Shown here piece after piece: positions 9,970 to 19,239 of a DNA stretch of 64,000 bases (position 1 is the first letter of the stretch; each line of letters starts with the position of its first letter). The stretch spans positions 96,001 through 160,000 of the forward strand of contig CAXXSM010000053.1 of NCBI GenBank assembly GCA_963663405.2. The letters run 5' to 3'. The position numbers and the translations under genes are program-made. The notes beneath the pieces were generated by a model. It ran no database searches. It had not been told where the DNA came from and was given only the letters and a program-made list of their open reading frames with translations. Source of the stretch: a bacterium (GTDB lineage: Bacteria > Hinthialibacterota > Hinthialibacteria > Hinthialibacterales > Hinthialibacteraceae).

Positions 9970-11130
9970 TTACACCGGCGCTCCCATAAATCCCTCATGA
10001 AAGAAGACTGGTTTATACCCGCGTTCCGTCACCCAGCGGATCGCAGCGTCAAGCCGTTTCGCGTGGTCGGGCAGATAATGAGAATAAAACGGCCAGAAAT
10101 ATTGTTCGTGTGTGAACAAATCCATTATCTCAGCGTGGTTTGGCTCGTCATCAAGCCGGTCGAGTGTGGGAACGACTTGTTCAAGCGGCGTGCTGTTGCA
10201 TACAATATCCACCCGTGAGAACACAATCCCGCTTTCAAAATCCATCAGCGCGTCATGCCGTGAAAGATATTCAGATCGTTGATCGTCGAACAGATAATTG
10301 ACATCCCAACCCGTGGGCCTGCGCGCAAAGTATCCACTCAACACGCGCACGCCATGCTCGTACAACGGTTTCAACGCGGAGGGTTGGACCATCCCCCAAT
10401 GAATGACGGTCGGCGGTGAATAGACTTCTTCTCCGGCGAAGCGGTGGATCTGTTCGGCTACCTGATTCAAATCCGCGATTAATTGATTGGCGGACGCGTA
10501 TTGGTATGGCCGGTCAGGCATATTCGCGTGCGCGTGAAACGCCAGTTTCATCCAATCCGCGTTATCCCGCCATTCTCCTTTATAGCGCTCCGGGAATTGA
10601 GGCAGGATAAATCCATCTTCCGTAGTGTAATAAATATTCAGAACAAACCGCGCTCCATACTTGTCATGCAATTCTTTCAGTGTCTTCAAGTAAAAGCAGT
10701 CAAAGAGTGAATCATAGTTCTTCTGCGCGATGTCTCGCAGGAAGAAACTGTTGTCATCGATGGAAAAGCGATATCTCGGAAACGAATGTTTGTCCCATAC
10801 AACACGGATTCGATGTTCGAGACGGCCGGATACGCCTTCGGAAACGGCGATGATATCCGTTTCCCTCTCCCGCAAGGTGACATCCGCTGAAAAATGGGTT
10901 CCTTCCCGTTTCGCCTGCGCCCCATTGATGACCACGAGATCGCGCAACGGCGCTTCACCACGCGCTTGGATTTTTAAGCCGCCGTCCACTTCTTTTCCAT
11001 GATGGCGGTTCAACACCGCGCCATGAAAGGGTTCTTCGATTTGAATCATCGTTCCTGCGCGCGCGGAACCAGTCAACGCCGCTGACACCGTTCCCGCGGC
11101 CATCATTTGTATAAAGCCGCGTCGTTTCAT
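9970..11130 (-). CDS. Tat-exported protein with a NodB/polysaccharide-deacetylase-like fold
   Basis: MKRRGFIQ twin-arginine signal; RFSIDDN, FHAH, HWG and FTHEQYFW motifs typical of CE4-like barrels. Confidence 0.6.
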   Translation of the reverse strand: MKRRGFIQMMAAGTVSAALTGSARAGTMIQIEEPFHGAVLNRHHGKEVDGGLKIQARGEAPLRDLVVINGAQAKREGTHFSADVTLRERETDIIAVSEGVSGRLEHRIRVVWDKHSFPRYRFSIDDNSFFLRDIAQKNYDSLFDCFYLKTLKELHDKYGARFVLNIYYTTEDGFILPQFPERYKGEWRDNADWMKLAFHAHANMPDRPYQYASANQLIADLNQVAEQIHRFAGEEVYSPPTVIHWGMVQPSALKPLYEHGVRVLSGYFARRPTGWDVNYLFDDQRSEYLSRHDALMDFESGIVFSRVDIVCNSTPLEQVVPTLDRLDDEPNHAEIMDLFTHEQYFWPFYSHYLPDHAKRLDAAIRWVTERGYKPVFFHEGFMGAPV

Positions 11131-11230
11131 GATTAAGCGCTTCCTTTCTGAAATTGTAAATTAACATTTCGTGTATAGGAATTTGCCGCGTGGAGTTGAA
11201 GATAACGTCTTCGTAAACAATCATTCGCGA

Positions 11231-11467
11231 TTACTCGCTTAACAGTTTCTTGATCTCCTCCACAGATGGAACCTTCCCGCTTACAAGTGTCTTTCCATCC
11301 ACAGCCAACGCGGGAGTCATCATGACGCCAAACTCGACGATCTCGGCGATATCCTCCACTTTTTCCACTTGACACGCAAGTCCCAATTCATTCACCGCGT
11401 TTTCGACGCGTTCGGCCAACTGCTTGCACTTTTGACAGCCCGGCCCTAACACTTGTATCAATTTCAT
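11231..11467 (-). CDS. Small redox-active disulfide protein (thioredoxin family, MTH895-like)
   Basis: IQVLGPGCQKC...GVMMTPALAVDG; GAGGAG RBS before ATG 11467. Confidence 0.9.
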   Translation of the reverse strand: MKLIQVLGPGCQKCKQLAERVENAVNELGLACQVEKVEDIAEIVEFGVMMTPALAVDGKTLVSGKVPSVEEIKKLLSE

Positions 11468-11484
11468 AATGTTGATCTCCTCAT

Positions 11485-12783
11485 CTAGAATAGATTTCCA
11501 TAGATCCATCCACTGATTGTGGCCATTGCGATTACGAGCGTAACATATACGATCGTTTTTTTTGAGCCCATAATACTCCGGATCACAAGCATATTAGGCA
11601 AACTCAACGCCGGTCCCGCCAGCAGCAAAGCCAGCGCAGGGCCTTTCCCCATCCCGGCGGCGAGCAGCCCTTGGAGAATGGGGATCTCGGTGAGGGTGGC
11701 GAAATACATAAACGCGCCGGCAATTGCGGCGAACAGGTTCGCGGCGATCGCGTTCCCTCCCACAGAGCCATTGATCCATCCCGATGGAATCAGCCCTTCC
11801 TGATCGGGACGTCCCAGCAGCAAACCCGCCGCCAACACACCGATAAAGAGAAGGGGAAGAATCTGTTTCGCGAAATCCCAGCTGGAATGAACCCATTCTC
11901 CGAGTTCTCCTTGACTAAAACTGGCGAGAATGGAAATCCCTATAACACCGTTTAAAAATGGTATGGATGGCGTGTGGGGCCACAGCCACGCGCTCACCGC
12001 TACGAGAAACGCAATCAAAAGAATCCATTGGATTCGCGCTCTATAAAAGAATATGAGCGTCACACCCAGAATAATAGAACTGACGCTCACTAAATACCAT
12101 TTGTATACATAGATCCAATACAGAATCCCCCTTGTTTCTTCTGTTCTGGCCCAATTAGCGAAAACCAAAATCCACAGCAGGGAAGCGAAAAAAACGAGAT
12201 TCCACCCTATTGACTGAGACGATTCAGATTCTGGCTCTTCAAAAGACGCTTGCGCTTTTGCCACTTCTTCATGATGGAAGATTATGCGCATGATAACGCC
12301 GATGAGAATGCTGAAAACAATCGCCCCAATCACCCGAGCAATTCCCATTTCTACACCCAACACACGTGTTGTTAAAATGATGGCCAACACGTTGATCGCT
12401 GGACCGGCGTAGAGAAACGCGCAGGCGGGTCCCAATCCTGCGCCCATCCGGTAGATCCCGGCGAACAGCGGCAGCACCGTGCAGGAACAGACCGCCAACA
12501 CCGTGCCCGATATAGAAGCGGTTCCATACGCGAGGAATGGATTCGCCGCCGGACCGAGATATTTCATAACGGATTTCTGGCTGATGAAGACCGCGATGGC
12601 GCCCGCGATAAAAAACGCGGGAATCAGACACAATAAAACATGCTCCCGCGCATACCATTTCACGAGATGCAAGGCTTCCATCACCGCCCGTTCGAACCGG
12701 GGCGCGTCAACAGGAAGATGATAGCAAACGGCGAATAGTCCCGCATATAGAGCCAGTGATTTCCACTCGTTTTTCCAATTCAT
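11485..12783 (-). CDS. ArsP-like permease (DUF318)
   Basis: Multi-TM; LAVCSCTVLPLF, GPAINVLA, YFATLTEIP and GPALSLPNM motifs. Confidence 0.88.
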   Translation of the reverse strand: MNWKNEWKSLALYAGLFAVCYHLPVDAPRFERAVMEALHLVKWYAREHVLLCLIPAFFIAGAIAVFISQKSVMKYLGPAANPFLAYGTASISGTVLAVCSCTVLPLFAGIYRMGAGLGPACAFLYAGPAINVLAIILTTRVLGVEMGIARVIGAIVFSILIGVIMRIIFHHEEVAKAQASFEEPESESSQSIGWNLVFFASLLWILVFANWARTEETRGILYWIYVYKWYLVSVSSIILGVTLIFFYRARIQWILLIAFLVAVSAWLWPHTPSIPFLNGVIGISILASFSQGELGEWVHSSWDFAKQILPLLFIGVLAAGLLLGRPDQEGLIPSGWINGSVGGNAIAANLFAAIAGAFMYFATLTEIPILQGLLAAGMGKGPALALLLAGPALSLPNMLVIRSIMGSKKTIVYVTLVIAMATISGWIYGNLF

Positions 12784-12824
12784 AACTCATTCATTGAGAT
12801 CCAACGGTCTCAATGATTCTCTCC

Positions 12825-13142
12825 TTATAAAATTTCCATATGTTCTTTTTGCGTCTCTTTCAACACGCGTTCCACACATTGAAAGAAATTGAGGATGCAC
12901 GGTGTTTTCAACTGATAGAACATCTGTGTGCCGTCTTTTCGGACCTTCAAAACACCGGCGTTTTTGAGTATGGAAAGATGTTTTGACACAGTGGAGATAT
13001 CCGCGCCGATCATCTCCGTCAACTCACAGACGCATTTCTCTCCTTCCGCCAGTTCGTTGACGATAAACAACCGCGTGGGATGAGCCAGGGATTTAATGAT
13101 TTTCGCGCGAGCCTCAAACCGCGCATGGGTTTTTTCATCCAT
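12825..13142 (-). CDS. arsR: ArsR/SmtB family transcriptional regulator
   Basis: KSLAHPTRL, CVCEL metalloid-binding box, STVSKHLSILK HTH. Confidence 0.92.
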   Translation of the reverse strand: MDEKTHARFEARAKIIKSLAHPTRLFIVNELAEGEKCVCELTEMIGADISTVSKHLSILKNAGVLKVRKDGTQMFYQLKTPCILNFFQCVERVLKETQKEHMEIL

Positions 13143-13155
13143 AGGAGATCTCCTA

Positions 13156-13183
13156 ATTTGGTATTATTGCCAAATAGCCAAAT
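13156..13183 (-). promoter_or_regulatory. Putative ArsR operator
   Basis: ATTTGG-N8-CCAAAT inverted repeat (13156-13175) plus a further GCCAAAT copy, immediately upstream of the arsR RBS. Confidence 0.55.
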
Positions 13184-13411
13184 TTGTGAAGGGGATTGGC
13201 TGATGAAATTGTTCTTTGGCTTCAAGCTGCCGATTGAGATTCTTTATTTTTTGATCCATACGGCGCCTGTATGATAGACTTACTGAGTTGTGAAAGATTG
13301 ATGATTAGTATATGTCCCTATTCTATCATTCGGAATTCTCATCTATCCTTTGCAGTGAGATCGGATATCAATCAGCGTATTGTATCATGGTGAAGTTTTG
13401 GAGAATCAGTT

Positions 13412-14743
13412 ATGAAAAATCGCCTTTTGACAAGAAGAGAGTTTCTTGACCGGTGCGCGGGATACGGAGCCGTAGGATTGACCGCTCCTGCGATAGTATC
13501 TTCGGGTCTTTGTTCGGGCGCCAATGATCGGATCGGGATTGGAATGATTGGGATGGGCCGTCAGGCGGTTTACGCCAACCTGAATCCGTTTCTCACATCG
13601 CCGGATACACAAGTCCTTGCGGTTTGTGATGTGGACGCATGGCGTCTAAATGAGGCGAAAAAGAAAGTAGAAGAGTATTACGATAAGAACGATCAATCGG
13701 GGAATTTTAAGGAATGTTCGGCGTACAAAGATTTCCGTGAACTGCTTGCCCGCAAGGATATTGACGCGGTGATGATCTCCACGCCGGATCATTGGCATGT
13801 TCCCATAGCCTGCGCCGCTGTCCGGCGGGGCAAGGATGTATGCTGTGAAAAACCTCTCACACTGAGCGTCGCTGAAGGACGTTTCCTGAGTGATCTCGTG
13901 ACCAAACATAAACGCGTATTTCGTACGGACAGCGAGTTTCGATCCCTCAAGGTTTTTCATCGGCAATGCGAACTGGTTGTGAATGGGCGCATCGGAGTGA
14001 TTGATAAGATTGTAACCGGCGTTCCACTGGGTGATATCGGTTGCCCGCCTCAACCGGAAATGCCCGTGCCCGAAGAACTGGATTATGAGATGTGGCTGGG
14101 CCCTGCGCCCCAGGCTCCATATTCGTTGAACCGCGTTCATCCCCGTCACGCCTACACTCGCCCTGGCTGGATGCGGGTGCGGGATTACTGTGAAGGCATG
14201 GTCACCAACTGGGGCGCCCATCTGAATGACATCGCGCAATGGGGAGCCGGAACGGATCGCACGGGCCCTGTGAAAGTTGAAGGGCGCGGTGAGTATCCAA
14301 AAGAAGGATTGTGGAATGTTCTCCTGAATTTTGAAATTCAGTATGAATATGCGAACGGGATGCGATTGACGTACAAAACCGAACGTCCCTACGTGCGCTT
14401 CGAAGGATCTGAAGGATGGATTGAAGCCGATTACAGCAGCCGGAAACTGACCGCGCATCCGGAATCCATTCTGCAATCGGAAATCAAAGATGATGAAATT
14501 CACTTGCGTTTCAAGAGTGATAAAGGGGATTTTATCGACGCGGTCAAAACACGCGGCCAGACGTTAGAGGACGCCGAGGTCGGTCACCGCACAACTTCCC
14601 TCTGTCAGATCGGGCATATCGCCATCCAAATAGGGAAATCCCTTGATTGGGATCCCCAAAACGAAAGATTCAAAAACAATGACGCCGCCAATAAATTACT
14701 CACCCGTCCAATGCACGCGCCGTGGAATTTGACCGATATTTAA
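13412..14743 (+). CDS. Gfo/Idh/MocA family oxidoreductase, Tat-exported
   Basis: TRREFL Tat motif; IGMIGMG, STPDHWH, CEKPL and WGAHLND motifs. Confidence 0.92.
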   Translation: MKNRLLTRREFLDRCAGYGAVGLTAPAIVSSGLCSGANDRIGIGMIGMGRQAVYANLNPFLTSPDTQVLAVCDVDAWRLNEAKKKVEEYYDKNDQSGNFKECSAYKDFRELLARKDIDAVMISTPDHWHVPIACAAVRRGKDVCCEKPLTLSVAEGRFLSDLVTKHKRVFRTDSEFRSLKVFHRQCELVVNGRIGVIDKIVTGVPLGDIGCPPQPEMPVPEELDYEMWLGPAPQAPYSLNRVHPRHAYTRPGWMRVRDYCEGMVTNWGAHLNDIAQWGAGTDRTGPVKVEGRGEYPKEGLWNVLLNFEIQYEYANGMRLTYKTERPYVRFEGSEGWIEADYSSRKLTAHPESILQSEIKDDEIHLRFKSDKGDFIDAVKTRGQTLEDAEVGHRTTSLCQIGHIAIQIGKSLDWDPQNERFKNNDAANKLLTRPMHAPWNLTDI

Positions 14744-15003
14744 TCCCACCAGAACAACCCTCATGAATCCCTCGCTCAAATAAATAGATTGAATAGGCTT
14801 TTTGCTTTGAAAAAAGTAGCCGTTTTTTTTATTCCGTGATATATAACTTATAAAAGGCAGGGGCAAAATTCTTCCCCTATTCGCACATGCGGTGAGTATA
14901 CTTCTATTTATATTTTTTGATGAATTACGAAGGGCTGTTTTCCCATTGGGAACACAGCATGGAATCTGTATGGACGCTATCGTGTGTTGAGTGAGTTTTT
15001 ATT

Positions 15004-15777
15004 GTGACTTCTATCAATCGAACCAATTGCAATCTAAAGAAGAAACTTCCGTGGGATGAACCGAAAGACCGTTTACTGCGCCCAAAAGACCATGAAGGCG
15101 CCTCCCCGGCGTCAGAGGATTTTCGCATCGCTCCGATCCGCATCGTTTGGGTCACCGGCTCCACCATTGTCCTTTTTTCGTTGATGGGCGTGTTGTTTTT
15201 AGGGGCCGCGTCCTCGTCATGGGTCAACGTCGTGGCGCGGTTTCATACCGTCGAGTTTTTCAACACAATCGTGTACAGCCATAAATCTCCAACCAGTGAT
15301 TTGGTTTCCTACGAACTCTGGGTGGATCGAAACAGCGGTTCTCGCCTGCAATGGAAAGACTGGACTTTATATGGGAATTCGAAAGAATTCATCAAAGCGT
15401 ATCACGGGAAAACACGCCAAGTAGTTTCCAATTTTCCAAATGACGTTCCACTCGTTCATCAGCTGCGGAACGTGCAATCGCTTTCTCTCGAAACACTCAT
15501 TCTTACGATCGGGGATTATGGCTTCATGGCGCCACCCCAAGAAAACACGCAGATAGGTCTAAACGATGATTTGATCGTCTTTGATATCTTCTTTGAAGAC
15601 AGCGCCTGCCAGGCGAGGCTCTGGGCGCTTCGCAACAGTCAATTACCGATCCGCATCCGGTATTATCCTTCCTACAGTACAGAGGGAATAGATGTGCTCT
15701 TTTTTTATCCTGAACCGCAATCCAAAGGATTCTTCAATCCAAATACGTTTGTTGAAAATTCAGCGGATTTTTTATAA
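15004..15777 (+). CDS. Hypothetical single-TM membrane protein with a periplasmic domain (start uncertain)
   Basis: 257-aa ORF with one hydrophobic segment (IVLFSLMGVLFLGAA). Confidence 0.5.
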   Translation: MTSINRTNCNLKKKLPWDEPKDRLLRPKDHEGASPASEDFRIAPIRIVWVTGSTIVLFSLMGVLFLGAASSSWVNVVARFHTVEFFNTIVYSHKSPTSDLVSYELWVDRNSGSRLQWKDWTLYGNSKEFIKAYHGKTRQVVSNFPNDVPLVHQLRNVQSLSLETLILTIGDYGFMAPPQENTQIGLNDDLIVFDIFFEDSACQARLWALRNSQLPIRIRYYPSYSTEGIDVLFFYPEPQSKGFFNPNTFVENSADFL

Positions 15778-15833
15778 GTTTAATCTTTCTTCATTGCGCC
15801 TTCCTTTCCGAATTCTTTCTCTCATCCTGTTAT

Positions 15834-15862
15834 TTGAACCTTCCTAAAAAATAGGATACAAT
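15834..15862 (+). promoter_or_regulatory. Putative sigma70 promoter for the FG-GAP/URO-D/CobW operon
   Basis: TTGAAC-17 bp-TACAAT, 34 nt upstream of ATG 15896. Confidence 0.45.
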
Positions 15863-15895
15863 CGGTGAAAACTTTCTTTTTATAGAAGGGAACTC

Positions 15896-17851
15896 ATGCG
15901 GCTTATAACTTGGATCCTTGGATTTTTCCTTTTCGCGGCTCTAATTGTACACGGCCAAACATTCACGCCAAACGAATTGACGCCCGGCCCACAGGCCCAA
16001 TATGGACCCGTCGCAGGCGCGATCTTCTCCTTACCCGCCGTAGGGGATTTTGACGGGGATGGAATACTCGATCTCATTCTCGCCACATACCATCATGGTA
16101 AAGGGACGCGGTTCTACAAGGGATTTCGCAACGAAGAGGGACGTCCGCTCTGCAAACCCGGCGTAGACATCGCGCTCCCCGCAAGACCCATGACCGGTGT
16201 TGATTGGAATGGGGATGATCTCACTGATATTCTTCAATGGGACAAAGGCGGTTTGCTTTATCTCTGCAAAGGAACCAATCCGCCGTCGTTTTTAAAAGCA
16301 GTCTCTTTACCATCCAGCGAACCAGTGATAAAAGCCGAAGCGTTGACCGCCTATCCAATCGGTGAATTTGTCGATGTGATTCTGGGTGAATTTTTCTCTC
16401 GGGATCACTGGACCAAGGGAGACAATCATCGAACATCCACAATCAGCCTATGGCAGGGCTATGATAAAAGTGGAAAATGGCGTGGTTTGGAGGGATTGGG
16501 ATTTCTAACCGGTTTCCGATTCCCGCGAAGAGAGAACGCGCCGGTTTCGGGACGTGTGCTCGCAGGAGTACGCGCCCCCTTAGCGGGCCATCTTGCGGCT
16601 TGCCCGATCGCGGTGGACGCGGATTGTGATGGAGATCAAGATCTATTGTTCGCCGATTTTGTGGGTAACTTTTTCTATGCGGAAAACCGGGGAACGAATT
16701 TGAAATCCGCGTACGAAGATCCCATCACCCTTTTCGATACCAAGGGCGAACGGCTGTGCGCCGCGCAGTGCATGGTTCGCGGGCAGGCGGCGGATTGGGA
16801 TGGGGATGATAAAGAGGATCTCATCTTCGGAACCGAAGATGGTTTTGTCTATGTCTGCACGAATCAATGGAACGGAAATGGGCCGCCGGTCTTTAACGAG
16901 CCAGCTCCGATTCTTCAAGAATCACCTCCCCTCGACTGTGGTGTCTGTTCGGTTCCATCGGCCTGTGATCTCGACGCGGATGGGGATACTGATTTCGTAC
17001 TAGGAAACGCTTCAGGTGAATTATTGATTCTTTGGAATCGAGGCTCTGACGCGAAACCGGAATTCGATTTACCTATCCGGATTGATATCAATGGAAAAAT
17101 CTTCCGCCTTATCGCTGGATACAATGGATCCGTCCAAGGGCCGGGTGAGGCGAGTTGGGGCTATATCGATCCCTGCGCGGTTGACGTGGACCGGGATGGA
17201 GATATCGATATTGTATATTCCTCGGTAAATGGGTATCACACATGCCTTCTCAATCAAGGCGCCCCGGAGAAACCAAAGTGGTCAAACCCCATCGATTTTC
17301 GCGCAAATGGAAAACGCCTGCGCACAGTCTGGCGGACACGGCCTATCATGACCGATTGGAATGGGGATGGAGCGCTGGATTACATCTGTCTCAATCAAAA
17401 GGGCGAAATTGGCGTCTACCCCGGATCAAACGACCGCCCTTGGCGCGAGTTGGATGGATGGACATCTTGGAAACGAGCCAATGGAAAGCCCATCAATCCA
17501 GGTGGAGAGCAGGGCATGGAAGGCCGCGCAAAACTTGATATCGCCGATTGGGACGGTGACGGCCAAAACGATCTATTAATCAGTTTAAAAGGCGGAACGT
17601 CGTGGTCCGAACAGTATGGACGTACTAATCTATCATACATCGTGTTTCTCAAATGCGTGCAAGGCGGGAACGACGCGGTGTTTGAGGAACCAAAGCCGAT
17701 TCGCCTGGCGAATGGTGATGACATCGAACTAGGCGATCACAACGCCACCCCGGAAGTGGTATCTCTATTCGGAGATCAAAAACCGGGATTGCTCTTAGGG
17801 TGTGAAAACGGGCGTCTGTATTATTACAGCCGCAATGAACTTTCATGGTGA
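15896..17851 (+). CDS. Secreted FG-GAP/VCBS repeat beta-propeller protein
   Basis: Signal peptide; repeated D-x-[DN]-x-D-G-x-x-D motifs (DFDGDGILD, DWNGDDLTD, DLDADGDTD, DWDGDGQND). Confidence 0.85.
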   Translation: MRLITWILGFFLFAALIVHGQTFTPNELTPGPQAQYGPVAGAIFSLPAVGDFDGDGILDLILATYHHGKGTRFYKGFRNEEGRPLCKPGVDIALPARPMTGVDWNGDDLTDILQWDKGGLLYLCKGTNPPSFLKAVSLPSSEPVIKAEALTAYPIGEFVDVILGEFFSRDHWTKGDNHRTSTISLWQGYDKSGKWRGLEGLGFLTGFRFPRRENAPVSGRVLAGVRAPLAGHLAACPIAVDADCDGDQDLLFADFVGNFFYAENRGTNLKSAYEDPITLFDTKGERLCAAQCMVRGQAADWDGDDKEDLIFGTEDGFVYVCTNQWNGNGPPVFNEPAPILQESPPLDCGVCSVPSACDLDADGDTDFVLGNASGELLILWNRGSDAKPEFDLPIRIDINGKIFRLIAGYNGSVQGPGEASWGYIDPCAVDVDRDGDIDIVYSSVNGYHTCLLNQGAPEKPKWSNPIDFRANGKRLRTVWRTRPIMTDWNGDGALDYICLNQKGEIGVYPGSNDRPWRELDGWTSWKRANGKPINPGGEQGMEGRAKLDIADWDGDGQNDLLISLKGGTSWSEQYGRTNLSYIVFLKCVQGGNDAVFEEPKPIRLANGDDIELGDHNATPEVVSLFGDQKPGLLLGCENGRLYYYSRNELSW

Positions 17852-17858
17852 GGGTTGA

Positions 17859-19238
17859 GTGAAAATGACAGGGAAAGAGATTCTTTTTAAAGCAATGAAG
17901 CGGGAACCCACGCCAAGACCCGGCTGGCTTCCTTTTGTAGGTGTGCATGGAGCCCAGTTGATCGATCGAAGCGCGAAAGACTATCTCCACTCCAGCGAAT
18001 TGATCGCCGAAGGGCTGACGAAGGCCTATGAATTATACAAACCCGACGGCCTGCCGGCCGCATTCGACTTACAGATTGAGGCGGAGATCCTTGGTTGCGA
18101 ACTGCGTTGGTCCGATGAAAGCCCACCGTCCGTGACCACGCATCCGTTGATGAATCATTCGATCGAAGACCTTCCTTCCTTCGATCCTTCGCGAGGACGG
18201 TTCCCTCAAATCCTTACCGTGCTGGAAAAACTGCGGAAGCGATTTAGCGCCGAATTGGCGTTGTACGGATTGATCACTGGACCGTTTACATTGGCGCTCC
18301 ATCTAATGGGCAACAATATCTTTTTAGAGATGTACGAAAAAGAAGATCATGTAAAAGAGGTTCTTGATTATTGCGCTGACGTGGGAAAACAGGCGGCGGA
18401 AGCGTATCTTCAAGCGGGCGCGGATGTCGTCGCCGTAGTCGATCCAATGACCAGCCAGATCTCACCCGTTCATTTCGAAACCTTCGTCACGAATCCAATT
18501 AACAAGGTGTTCGATACCATTCGGAAAAAGAGAGGCTATTCCTCATTTTTTGTCTGCGGTAACGCGAGCCCGAATTTAGAAGTGATGGCGCGGACACACT
18601 GCGATAACATATCGATTGATGAAAATATCCCGCTCGAAACGTTGAAGAACATCGGAGATCAGTACCAGAAATCGATCGGCGGCAATTTAAAACTGACCAC
18701 GGTTCTTCTCTTGGGGACGCCGGATGACGCGAAACTCGACGCGCTCCGCTGTATGGATATCTGCGGGTCTACCGGTTTCATCCTCGCGCCCGGCTGCGAT
18801 ATCCCTTGGGGAACGCCTCCTGAAAATCTGCAGGCCGCCGCAGCGATGGTCCATGATGAATATCAGCGGGAAATCGCCCGGCGGTCACTGACCGAACGAG
18901 CCAAAGAATCGTACGAGGATGTGCCATTGCCGGAATACGATGATCTCAATTGCGTCTATGTGGATATCATCACGCTCGATTCAGCCAGCTGCGCCCCATG
19001 TCAATATATGCTGGAAGCCGCCCATCAAGCGGCGGAATCGATCGAGGGAACCGTTATTGTAACCGAACGGGCGATTCGCACACGCGAAGGACTTGGAATA
19101 ATGGCCAAACTCGGTGTAAAAAATATCCCAACAATCTGCATCGATGGCGAAGCGCGATTTATATCAATCTTGCCGGATAGAAACGTGTTGACCGCCGCGA
19201 TTCAAGAAACATTCGCAGCAAAGAAAGAGAGACAATGA
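17859..19238 (+). CDS. Uroporphyrinogen decarboxylase/MtaA-CmuA methyltransferase family protein fused to a C-terminal thioredoxin domain
   Basis: FDLQIEAEILG, GPFTLA, GADV..VDP, GGN and LAPGCDIP URO-D-fold motifs; C-terminal CAPC and IPTICIDG. Confidence 0.85.
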   Translation: MKMTGKEILFKAMKREPTPRPGWLPFVGVHGAQLIDRSAKDYLHSSELIAEGLTKAYELYKPDGLPAAFDLQIEAEILGCELRWSDESPPSVTTHPLMNHSIEDLPSFDPSRGRFPQILTVLEKLRKRFSAELALYGLITGPFTLALHLMGNNIFLEMYEKEDHVKEVLDYCADVGKQAAEAYLQAGADVVAVVDPMTSQISPVHFETFVTNPINKVFDTIRKKRGYSSFFVCGNASPNLEVMARTHCDNISIDENIPLETLKNIGDQYQKSIGGNLKLTTVLLLGTPDDAKLDALRCMDICGSTGFILAPGCDIPWGTPPENLQAAAAMVHDEYQREIARRSLTERAKESYEDVPLPEYDDLNCVYVDIITLDSASCAPCQYMLEAAHQAAESIEGTVIVTERAIRTREGLGIMAKLGVKNIPTICIDGEARFISILPDRNVLTAAIQETFAAKKERQ

Positions 19239-19239
19239 A

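Noticed and set aside
13646-14503. 285-aa antisense ORF (likewise 22753-23556, 32435-33145, 42009-42635 and many shorter ones)
   Set aside because: Shadow ORFs opposite well-supported genes, with no motifs or RBS
14856-14879. ggcaggggcaaaattcttccccta hairpin
   Set aside because: Possibly a decayed REP, but too degenerate to assign
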